Below the pieces are notes generated by a model. The model ran no database searches and was not told the DNA's origin. It saw nothing but the letters and a program-made list of their open reading frames with translations. Position numbers and translations under genes: made by a program. 64,000 bases of DNA from an uncultured delta proteobacterium (lineage in GTDB: Bacteria > Desulfobacterota > Binatia > UBA9968), in NCBI GenBank assembly GCA_963728565.1, contig CAVSLC010000021.1, forward strand, positions 54,512-118,511. The letters run 5' to 3'. Below, in pieces: positions 54,672 through 64,000 of the stretch; positions within the stretch are counted from its first letter, which is position 1, and every line of letters starts with the position of its first letter.

Positions 54672-56540
54672 CGTCGCATGGTCGCGCTCCGTGAAGTAGC
54701 GGCCTTCGACCAGCGGCACGCCAATCACCTTCAGATAGCCCGTGCTGACCTGCCGATGATCGGCGTCGTCCTTACGATCAGGTGTTGACGGCCCGCCTTC
54801 AATGACGAACCCTGTCGTCGCGCCCCTCCAGGCCAATGGGACCGACGTGGTGTAGCCCGCGCCGAGCACACCGGGTAAGCGGCTGACGCGCCCGAGCACA
54901 TCGTCGTAGAACGCGACGCGACGCGCGTGAGTGCCGTATCGGTCGGACGGCAGGGCCGTCCGAAGCGTGATGACGCCGTCGGGACGGAAGCCGACGTCGG
55001 CATAGCGCAGCCGATACAGCGACTGCATCAGGAGGCCGGCGACGACGAGCAACACGAGTGTCATCGCGACCTGGGCAACGACCAGCGTGTTCCGACGTGT
55101 GCCGGAGCCGGAGACGCCCCTTCCACCCGCTCTGAGTGCCGAGTCCAGCCCGGGCGCCGTCGCGTGAATGGCCGGCGCCAGGCCAAACAGCGCACCTGCC
55201 GTCAGCGACACGACCGTCGTGAACGCCAACGTTCGGAGATCGAGCGTCGGCCGCGCAAAAAGCAGCATGCTCGGAGGCACGAGCTGTTCCAGAAACGCGA
55301 TCGCCCCTCTCGCGAGCAGCACTCCGATGAGCAGGCCAAGCCCGCCGAGCACCACGCTCTCGGCCAGGAGCTGCCGCACGATGCGGCTCCGCGTGGCGCC
55401 AAGTGAGCTCCGGAGGGCGATCTCGTGCCGCCGGGCCGTCGCGCGTGCGAGCAGCAGGCTCGCGACATTCGCACAGGCGATGAGCATCACGACGCTGACC
55501 GCGGCCAGGAGCACGACCAATGGACGGCGCGCGTCGCCCGATACGTAGTCGCGAAGGGACGTGACGTGCATGCGAAACCCGTCCGAGGTCGCCGGCAGAT
55601 TGGCGGACAGTCGAGCAGAGAGGCTCTCCAGATTCACCCGCGCCTGCTCGACGCTCACCGTCTGCTCGAGCCGCGCGACGATGGTCAGGTAGTTCGCGCC
55701 GCTCGTCAGCTGCTGGGAAGTGAGGGCCGCAGGTACCGCAGACCGACATCTCCGCCGAGGAACTGGAACCCGGCGGGCATGACGCCCACGACGCCGACCC
55801 GCTGATTGTCCAGGACGAGGTCGCGACCAACGATGGCCGGGTCACCACCGAAGTGATCGCGCCAGAAACCGTGGCTCAGTATGGCCACACGTGGTGCACC
55901 CGGCGTGTCATCATCGGCGCGAAATGTGCGCCCGAGTGCCGGGGCCACGCCGAGCACGGCGAAGAGGTTGTGCGTGATGCGGCGTCCTTGGATCTTCTCC
56001 GGACGATCGCCGTTCAACGTTGCGCTATGTCCGGTGGTGGCGGCGATCGACACGAAGGCCTCGTTGTGGGACGTCAGCAGCGCGTAGTTGACGGGCGCCA
56101 CGTCGCCGCGCGCGTTCCGTTCTCCAATCACCACGAGCCGGTCCGGCGCGCGATAGGGGAGCGTCTTCAGCAGGACCGCGTTGATCACGCTGACCACCGC
56201 ACCCGTTCCACCTATGGCGACGCCGATCGTCAGCACCACGGCCAACGTGAACCCGACTTCGCCGGCGAGCCTTCTGGCGGCATAGTGCAGGTCGCGCCAC
56301 GTCTCGTCCACCCAGGCGAACGACCGCGCATGGCGATGGAGTTCCTTGGTCCGATCGACGCCGCCGAGTGCCATTCGCGCGGCGCGCCGGGCGTCGCTCG
56401 GCCGACAGACCGCGGCGTCGGTACTCGTCTTCGAGCAGCAGGAGGTGCGAGGCGAGCTCGCGATCGAGGCTCGCGTCGTCGCGACCCGACCGCACGGTGC
56501 TGACGAGCCGCCGCAGGAACCGCCGAAGGCCGCCCATCAT
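54672..56540 (-). CDS. ADOP-type ABC (MacB/FtsX-like) duplicated permease, 3' truncated and frameshifted
   Basis: LDRELASHL, RDLHYAAR.L, GVAPALGR.F, LIACANVASLLLAR, EIALR.SLGA.R.RIVRQLL.ES, VVAQVA. Confidence 0.88.
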
Positions 56541-56891
56541 TCCTCCTCGTTCGCGAGGAAGCCGATTGACGAGACCCGACGAGCGCTGCCACCAGGCCGC
56601 CTGCTCGGCGAGCGCACGTGCGCCCGACCGCGTGATCGCGTAGTACTTGGCCTCGCGGTTGTTCTCGGTGGTCTGCCAGGTCCCTTTGATCCAGCCCTTC
56701 TGCTCCAGGCGGACGAGCGCGGGATAGAGCGTGCCCTGATTCAGCCGGATGGCCTGCTCGGCGACCTGCTCGATCCGGGCGGCGATGCCGTAGGCGTGCT
56801 GCGGGCCCATGGCGGTGAGCGTTCGCAGCACGATGAGCTCGAGGGTGCCGGGGAGCAGGTCGGCGCGCCGGGGCTCTCCACTTGGTGACAT
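56537..56891 (-). CDS. PadR-family regulator (acidobacterial type)
   Basis: GTLELIVLRTL, QHAYGIA.RIEQ, GTLYPAL.RLEQKGWI, NNREAKYY.IT; ATGA-coupled to the permease; one indel near the 3' end. Confidence 0.92.
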
Positions 56892-57049
56892 AGTGGAGAG
56901 GCTGTCACGACTTCACTTGTTCGTCAAGTGGACCGCATCCAGTAGCGATCGGCTTCGTCCCAGCGTTCGTTCCTCGAATCTCCGAGGTGACGCAAATCAC
57001 TTCCTCCAACCGAGCGGTGAGCGCGACCGTCTGATGGTTGGGGGTTACG

Positions 57050-59479
57050 ATGTCCATACTGACGCCGATGGTGAATCCTGACCTGCGTCTGGCGGTGCGC
57101 ACGCTTCGCCAGTCCCCGACGTTCACGTTCATCGCAGTCCTGTCGCTCGCCCTCGGCATCGGGGCCTCGACGTCCGTGTATGCCCTGACGTTCGCGCTGT
57201 TCTTCGCGCCGCCGGCTGGCGTCGATCAGCCGGAGAGCCTCGTCCGGATCTGCCGGCTCGTGAACGGCCGGCCCGAAGGGCACGAGATTTCGTACGCCGA
57301 GTACGTCTACTACCGCGATCACGCCACGGTCTTCACCGAGCTGGCCATCGACGCCAACGTGAGAATGCTGACCGATACCGAGAGCGGCGATCAGCTGCTG
57401 GCCGCCATCGTCTCACCGAGCTACTTCACCGTGCTCGGACTCCGGCCACGCGCGGGCCGCTTCTTTCTCCCTGGTGAAGACACGGCCGCCGGTCATCAGC
57501 AGGTCGTCGTCTTGAGCCACGACTTCTGGCAGCGGCGGTTCGCCGGAGACGCGCGCAGCATCGGCGGACGCCTCACGCTCGGCGGGACGTCGTACGCAAT
57601 CGTGGGCGTCGCGCCTCCGAGCTTCGAGGGCTCGAGCGCCGGCTGGGCGCCCGACATCTTCGTGCCCACGCGTGCGATCTTCAGCGAGGCCGACCTCGCG
57701 ACACGACACGGACGCACAACTGGACCTCATCGGCCGGCTCCAGCCCGGTCGCACGCTCGCCGAGGCGCAGGCGGAAATGACGGTCCTGGCCCGCCGGCTG
57801 GAGCAGGCGGAGCCGGACACGCATCGCGGCGCCAGGCTCGTCGTCTCGAAGTTGAGAGGCCTCGACCCGGAGGCCCGGTCAGCCAGGCGCGGCTGCCGAC
57901 GCTCCTCGCCGCGGCCGCCGCGTGCCTGCTGATGATCGCGTGCGTGAACCTGGCCGGTCTGCTGCAGACGCGTCACGCGGCGCGCGGCAAGGAGATCGCG
58001 ATCCGGCTGGCGCTCGGCGCCGGCCGACGGCCGCGTGGTTCGTCAGTTGCTGACGGAGAGCCTCCTCCTCTCCGCGCTCGGCGGCGCCGCCGGCCTCGTC
58101 GTCGCCTGGTGGGGCACGACGCTGCTCGAGCGCGCCTACGCGCGCGAGATGTTCGACGGCGCGCGTCACTTCTATCCCCTCACGCTGGACGCGCGCGCAT
58201 TCCTGTTGACGCTGCTGACGGCGGCCGCAACGGGCGTGGTCTTCGGCCTCGTCCCCGCGTGGCAGGCGTCACGCCCCGTGCTCGTGCCCGCCCTGAAAGA
58301 AGATGTCTCCGCGCCGCGGCGTTCGCGCCTGCGCGCGGCCTTTCTCGTCGTGCAGGTTGCGCTGTCGCTCGTGCTCCTCATCGGCGCCGCCCTCGCGATG
58401 CAGAGCGCGCGCACCGGTCTTGCAGCATCCCGGCTTCGACGCCGAGCACGTCGCCTACTTCAACATCGCGCCCGCTCGCGCCGGCTATCGAGGCGCGCAG
58501 GCGACGCGCTACGCCGGCGACCTGCGGCGCCGGCTCGAGTCGCTCCCGTTCGTGGAGTCGATCTCGTCCTCATGGGTCCCGCCGCCGTTCTGGTTTTCAA
58601 CGGCAACCATCTTCCTCCCGGGCAGAACCCGGTGCGGACCCGAGGACACGTTGAGAGTGCCGGTGAACTGGGTGTCCGCCCGTTTCTTCGAGACGCTGCG
58701 TATTCCGGTGATCCACGGGCGTGGAATCGAGCAGCGCGACATCGAGCAGGGTCGGCCTCTCGTGGTCGTCAACGAAGCGCTGGCCCGTCGCCTCTGGGCG
58801 GAGCCGAGATCCGGTCGGGCGGACGCTGATGGTGGACGGGAGGCCGTTCGAGGTCGTCGGCATCGTGCGCTACGAGGGGCTGCGTGCAGGGGGCGAGACC
58901 TCCCACCCGTATCTCTTCTGCTCCGACACGGGCAGGCGACAGCAGGGGAGCCTCTTCGTGCGAGTCAAGGGCGACGTCGCCGCCGCCCTTCCGACCCTTC
59001 GACGCGAGATCCGTGCGGTGGATGCGGGCGTGCCGATCAACCAGGCGATGTCGCTGACCAGCGTCATCGCCAACCAGCAGGCGGATGTGCCGATCGCGAT
59101 GGGAGTCTTGAGCTTCGCTGGTGCCCTGGCATTGCTCCTCACCACGCTCGGGCTCTACGGCGTGGTCGCGCTGTGGGTCGGTCAGCGCACGCGTGAGATC
59201 GGTATCCGCGTGGCCCTCGGCGCCCGATCGGCTGGGATCGTGACGCTCGTCCTTCGCCAAGGCCTGCGGCTCGTCGTCATCGGCGTCCCGCTGGGTCTCG
59301 TCGCCGCGCTGGCGGCTGGGCGGCTCCTCTCGAGCTATCTGTACGGTGTGTCCGCGACCGACGCCGCGACGTTCAGCGCGATGACGGCCTTGCTGGCCGG
59401 CGTGGCCCTTTTCGCCTGTTATGTTCCCGCGCGGCGCGCGTTGCGCGTCGATCCTGTTGAGGCACTCCGGCACGACTAG
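57050..59479 (+). CDS. ADOP-type ABC duplicated permease, frameshifted
   Basis: DLRLAVRTLRQSP.F..IAVLSLALGIGA, IACVNLAGLL, VVQVALSLVLL, QRTREIGIRVALGA, PARRA.RVDP.EALR.D. Confidence 0.9.
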
Positions 59480-59500
59480 CCCAACCGCGGAGAGACGGTC

Positions 59501-60579
59501 ATGGATAAATTGCGTCAGCAGAGGGCGGCGCTCTCGTTCCGCTCACCCGGCGCTGGCTGGGTCGAGGCCGGCCGACACCTGCTCGCCGGACTCGAGCTGG
59601 CCGTTCGCGACGTCAATGACGCCGGCGGGATCGTCGGAAGACCACTCGAGCTGATGGTCCGAGACACCGCAGCTGATCCACAGCGGGCCGCGGCGGCCGT
59701 CGATGAACTGGCTCGCCTGGGCGTGGCGGCCTTGGCGGGGGAGTATCACAGCGTCGTCGCGCGCGCCGCTGCCGCCAGGGCCGACGCCCTCGGCCTGCCG
59801 TTCCTCTGCTCGTCGGCGGTCCTCGACGCGCTCACCGAACAGCCGACGGAATGGGTCGCGCGCCTCGCCCCGGCGCAGTCCCACGGCTGGCGGATCTACG
59901 CAGACTTCCTCCTCAGCGCGGGCCACCGTCGCATCGCCGTCGCAGCCGAGCCGAGTGTCTACTGGGCATCCGGGGTCCGCATTCTGCGGGACTGTCTCGC
60001 TCCACGCGGCGGCACCGTCATCGAACTCGACATGCGCGCGCTCGCCCCGCGGCCGTGTGCGACGCGCTCGTCGACAATCGCGCGACCGCGCTCCTGCTGC
60101 TGGTCGGCCACCCGGAGCCGGCCGTGTCGATCGTCAAGGCCGTCCGCCGCGACCAGCGCCTCGCCGAGATCATGATCGGTGCTCCGGCCGGGCAACCGGA
60201 GTTCGCCGAGTGGGCGACGTTGCTGGGCGACGACGGCGCCGCGATCCCGTTCTTGCGCTACCTGCCCGAGCGCCTCAGCCCACTCGGTGCGCGGGTCGAG
60301 ACGGCCCTCCGCGAGCGGCTGGCCGAAGCGCCCTCGTTCGTCGCCTTCGAGGGCTACGACACGATCGCCGTCCTCGCCGATGTGCTGCGTTCTCACGGCG
60401 CGGACCGGGCGCGCACCGCCGAATCCTGGCCGCGCGTCGCCGTCGAAGGCACCCGCGGGCGGATCCGGTTCTCCCGCACGCCGGGCATCAGCGTGTGGCA
60501 ATGGGCCTGGCCGCCGGTCCAGGTCGTCGATCGCGATCCGGCGGACCCCGATCGCTTTCGGATCCTTCACGCCAGCTGA
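59501..60579 (+). CDS. ABC substrate-binding protein (Leu/Ile/Val-like, PBP type 1), frameshifted
   Basis: ALVPLT..GWVEAG, GLELAV.DVN.AGGI.GRPLEL, GEYHS, AFEGYD. Confidence 0.82.
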
Positions 60580-60665
60580 GAGAGCACAGCGCGCCGCCCG
60601 CATCGATCCGATCGCGACCCTCAGAAAAGACTGAAGCGCGTCCCGGCACGAGCGCCAACTGACAC

Positions 60666-61182
60666 CTATGGCGTCGCGACTGCGCGGGCGACGGCAGTGA
60701 TCTCGGCCTTCGTCAGGTTGTTGCCGACGATGCGGGCGACGCCGTCGGTGCGCTGGACGACGGCGAGGACCTGAGATGGGTTTAAACGAACGCAGCCTTA
60801 TCGCCGATGCCAGGTAGCATCTCGCGTTTGTGGCCGGAGGCGGCGACCTCTCCAGACAACACGATCTGCTCGAAAAACGCGGGAAGTGTCGGTGCGGCGG
60901 GGGAGGCCTTGATGACCTTCATGTCGTAGAACTGTACCGAGACCGTCTTGAATCCCTTCGAGCCGCCTCGAAGCATCCACCCGCATTCGCTCTCTCCGGA
61001 GTCCCGGACTCTGGGTCCCATATCCTGCATCTTCTCGCCGATGCTCTTGGTCAGTTCATCGGCTGTCAGAAGCGTGGCGCAGGCGGGCACCGCCGGGCCG
61101 GCTGCGCGCTCGCGATGTTGGAGAGCGGAATGACAGCGGCGGCCGCCACCATCATCGAGGAGAACGCGATCGATCGGCTCAT
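60666..61182 (-). CDS. Secreted hypothetical protein, interrupted near 60,780
   Basis: Signal-like N-terminus, PACATLLTADEL..ECGW..LPGIGDKAAFV, then QVLAVVQRTDGVARIVGNNL..AVARAVATP* after a short break. Confidence 0.55.
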
Positions 61183-61296
61183 GGGTCAACCTCACTATGC
61201 TGGAGCCCGCATTATATGCGCAGTGACTCCGCGGATGCTTGGAGCCTTGGGACCTGCGCTGGTCGTCATCGGTCCGCTCGGGTGGCGTTCCAGTCG

Positions 61297-61575
61297 TCAG
61301 CACTCGATCCCCGGCCCACATCGCGTCGCGACCTGATAGCGCGCGATCCCAAAGCTGCCTGTCTGGTTGAAGTCCGCGACGCCGGTGTACTGCGCGACGA
61401 GCATGTCGCCGAAGAACTGCTGCGTGATACGCGTCACGCCGATGCCGAAGCTGGTGTCGATATTCCCGTTCGAGTTGAACCGCGCCACAAGCACGTCGTC
61501 GGAGATGGCGGCGCCGAGGCTCGCGACGAAGGTGCCGGCCGCGACGAGTAGGCGACAACGGAAACGGTATCCCAC
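61297..61575 (-). CDS. C-terminal fragment of a delta-60 repeat (beta-propeller) protein
   Basis: VARFNSNGNIDTSFG..G and F.IARY repeat signatures. Confidence 0.55.
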   Translation of the reverse strand: MGYRFRCRLLVAAGTFVASLGAAISDDVLVARFNSNGNIDTSFGIGVTRITQQFFGDMLVAQYTGVADFNQTGSFGIARYQVATRCGPGIEC

Positions 61576-61728
61576 GGCATGGCCGCGCGGCTTGAACTAA
61601 CGATGAGGATTTGTTGAGAGTGCGTTGAAGTGTTGAGCGTGCGTTGAAGTCAGACGAGGGCGTCGTGACGGGCTTCGTCATCTCCTCCCCTACGAGATCG
61701 GAGCCGCGGTCAATGCGATACTGGCGTC

Positions 61729-63075
61729 ATGCGGGAACGATTGCCAGCACAGAAACAAACCGAACTTGCAGCCGAGGCGAACCCTGTCTTCACCCGGCGT
61801 GAAATGCTGGGAATAACCGGTATGGCCGGTTTGGCGGCTTTGGCCGGAATCGCAGCCGGTGCTGTTTCGCAGACTGCGCAAAAACGGCCTCGTATCGCCT
61901 GTCTCGTCACCTATTGGGGTGCTACAGGATCACATGCGGACTGGATCATAACCAAGTTGTTGGACGGTTATTGGTGGCAGGGCGCCCACACTCCTTCGCG
62001 AGTGGACGTTGTGTCCGTTTACATCCATCAGCTTGAAGAAAGCGGATTGGGTCAGAAAATATGCAAATCGAAAGGCATTCCGATCTTTAACACAGTAGGT
62101 GAAGCCGTCACGCTTGGGGGGAAGGAACTTGCGGTGGATGGTGTGGTCATCGTCGGAGAACACGGGGAATATCCAACCAATCTCAAAGGGCAGTGGATCT
62201 TGCCGCGCTGGTGGATCTACCAGCAGGTTATCCGGGTTTTCGAGCAGAGCAAGCGCTCGGTGCCGGTCTTTAACGACAAGCACCTCTCCTACAGTTGGGA
62301 CGAAGCCAAGTGGATGTTCGACAAATCTCGTGAGCTGAACTTTCCTTTGACCGGCGGTTCCTCCATACCGATCTACTTCCGCAAGCCCGAGATAGAACTC
62401 GATATCGATACGCCCATAAGGGCATCGGTGGTGGTTGGAGGCGCTGCTGATGAGGGAGGCCTTTTCCATTGTGTCGACGTGCTCCAGGCCTTTGTGGAAC
62501 GCCGCAAGGGCGGTGAGACGGGCGTCAAGGCGGTGCAGTGCATTCGAGGGCCTGAAACATGGAAGTGGACCGAACGCAATCCCTGGGCCGGCAAGCTGCT
62601 TGAATCAGTGCGGACAAGTTTTGACCTGAAGCCGGGACACTTTCAGGAGATCGGCGCACCAAACGTCTGTATCGTGGAGTATCGTGACGGGACGAAAGCG
62701 GCGGTATATTCCGGCCGGGGTGTGGGGTGGACCTACGCCGGCGAAATCGAAGGGCATAAAGACCCGACGATCGTCTCGATGCTTGGCTGGCCCGGCCCCT
62801 TCTCGCAGTACCACGCCTCGAACTCCCGACCGCACTGGATTACCGAGATGATGGTGACCGGAAAGGAACCATTCAATGCGGAGCGGCTGCTTCTGTCCAC
62901 AGGGATTGTGTCGTACAACATGGAATCAAACTGGGAGAACGGCCGTTACTCTGCCATCGGACGCCGCATCGAGACGCCGTTCATGAACATGACCTACCGG
63001 TCGACACGGGGACCGCAATTTAACAAGGGGGAGCGGCCGCCGGACATTCCCTACATTCGGGGATTTGACAAATAG
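61729..63075 (+). CDS. Tat-exported conserved hypothetical protein (possible oxidoreductase-like fold)
   Basis: TRREMLG twin-arginine signal; SHADWI, VDGVVIVGEHGEYP, PVFNDKHLS, GGSSIP; intact 448 aa ORF. Confidence 0.75.
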   Translation: MRERLPAQKQTELAAEANPVFTRREMLGITGMAGLAALAGIAAGAVSQTAQKRPRIACLVTYWGATGSHADWIITKLLDGYWWQGAHTPSRVDVVSVYIHQLEESGLGQKICKSKGIPIFNTVGEAVTLGGKELAVDGVVIVGEHGEYPTNLKGQWILPRWWIYQQVIRVFEQSKRSVPVFNDKHLSYSWDEAKWMFDKSRELNFPLTGGSSIPIYFRKPEIELDIDTPIRASVVVGGAADEGGLFHCVDVLQAFVERRKGGETGVKAVQCIRGPETWKWTERNPWAGKLLESVRTSFDLKPGHFQEIGAPNVCIVEYRDGTKAAVYSGRGVGWTYAGEIEGHKDPTIVSMLGWPGPFSQYHASNSRPHWITEMMVTGKEPFNAERLLLSTGIVSYNMESNWENGRYSAIGRRIETPFMNMTYRSTRGPQFNKGERPPDIPYIRGFDK

Positions 63076-63796
63076 GCTCTGCGCGAGAATGTGGCTGAAG
63101 ACGCATTTGTGTGATTACCGGGGTCAGTGCGGTGAAGGCGAGTGCAGAGCGCCAACGACACGAGTCGGATGGTCGGCCGCTCTTCTGATCTCGCCGAGGT
63201 TCTGCCTGGATGCAGACACTGCCGAAGATGGAAGCCCACGTTCTCGACGCCGGCCACAAGCTCCTGAGAACGCACGCGACCGCGGCCATGTCGCTCATGC
63301 TCGACTTCGTCAGTCATACCCAACGCGAAAGCGCCGGCGCGGTCTAGCATGATTGCCTTGGACTATAGGTTCTGAAGCGAGCGCATGCCTTCGCTCAAGC
63401 GCAACGACGCCGCACGATTTGGGCGTGCTTCTACTTGAACGCGGCCACCCACTCCTCCACCTTCGAGAATCCCCACGACTCATCACTTGGAGGGCGCGGG
63501 GGCGGCAAAGTTACCCTGACTCATCATGCGTCGCCGAGCCGAATCGATCTTCGGCACGCGGACTTGCGATCAAACGCCACAGTGGCGATAGAATGGCGGG
63601 TCAGTCGCCACTTGGCGACGTTTGAGAGGTATCTTGCTCTGTCGAACGCCGATTGTGCGCTCTGCCAATTTCCCGCCGAAGCCGCCGCTCCTTGGTCGGT
63701 CGCAGGAGTATCGTGGGCCGTCAGCAGTAAAGCATCGAGCGATTTGTCATACAACTTACGCCGTGACAACATGGTCCGTGCCGAGGTAGACATGCC

Positions 63797-64000
63797 ATGA
63801 GCGATTCCCTCAGGGAGCAAGTGTTGGTGCACTTACGTGGAATATCCGCGCAAGCCTTTGAGCATTTCGCGTTTGATCTAGTTCAAGCTATTGGGTTCAC
63901 GAATGTCGTGTCGCGAGGGGTGTGGACGGATGCCGATCAAGGACGAGACATCGAAGCGGACTACTATCGGTACTTCCAGACGGCCGCTCCTCAATTCCAG
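63797..64000 (+). CDS. Mrr-like restriction endonuclease domain protein (runs off the window end)
   Basis: RBS GAGG; ISAQAFEHFAFDLVQAIGF.NV......DADQGRDIEA matches the Mrr_cat pattern FE..(V/A).DL...GF....(G)AD.G.DI.A. Confidence 0.72.
   Translation, partial: MSDSLREQVLVHLRGISAQAFEHFAFDLVQAIGFTNVVSRGVWTDADQGRDIEADYYRYFQTAAPQFQ

Noticed and set aside
54492-55658. ADOP permease linked or fused to the helicase-methylase module as one system
   Set aside because: Both genes are cut mid-domain at ~54,670, which indicates a join rather than an operon.
56025-56891. PadR-permease fusion protein (288 aa ORF)
   Set aside because: One indel bypasses the PadR stop; the usual GAGGAGGAATGATG stop/start coupling is visible at ~56,537.
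40700-61200. Mass pseudogenisation or programmed frameshifting in segments B and C
   Set aside because: Indels hit nearly every gene, including the normally essential murJ, while motifs stay intact; this fits low-coverage long-read error.
61615-61652. Direct repeat GTGCGTTGAAGT x2
   Set aside because: Only two short copies near a probable junction; may be chance or an assembly artefact.
51400-61700. Many long Arg/Ala/Pro-rich overlapping ORFs
   Set aside because: Alternate-frame and antisense shadows expected in high-GC coding DNA.
63080-63780. Short ORFs between the Tat protein and the Mrr-like gene
   Set aside because: No consistent frame, RBS or family motif; possibly decayed mobile DNA but unsupported.

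Overview
The window looks like several unrelated pieces joined end to end (probably concatenated or chimeric metagenomic contigs). (A) 1-~40,700 is a mostly clean, moderate-GC chromosome segment of a deltaproteobacterial-type organism (Binatia-like by gene style; inference). It carries mfd-surA-pdxA-pmm-uvrA, a mixed Fe-S cluster operon (iscS-iscA-sufB-nifS-rrf2-hypothetical), lpxL-like, comDE-like, pcm, ftsB/eno, nth, a decayed hslR, surE, cinA, pepF, phnE, a molybdopterin hydroxylase subunit, nadK-recN and tRNA-Ala(GGC). After the tRNA comes an accessory island (HIT and HNH remnants, three VOC paralogs, cupin, TctC/Bug), and the piece ends inside rpmE. (B) ~40,700-51,470 is an indel-rich Acidobacteriota-like piece: ABC-2 exporter, HlyD, murJ, NtrC-type regulator, lpxL, cupin, a KKGGA-repeat microprotein flanked by structured DNA/RNA, and a PHP gene. 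(C) ~51,470-61,600 holds high-GC, indel-rich pieces: an SNF2 helicase plus Eco57I/DrmMI-like methyltransferase, PadR/ADOP permeases, a solute-binding protein and secreted proteins. (D) ~61,700-64,000 has a Tat-exported uncharacterised protein and the start of an Mrr-like restriction endonuclease. Best candidates for undescribed biology: the KKGGA microprotein locus with its multi-stem 3' RNA, the helicase plus apparently nuclease-dead methylase pair, the Isc/Suf/Nif hybrid operon with its unknown last gene, and the VOC triad. All calls come from motif recognition by eye; no database searches were run.
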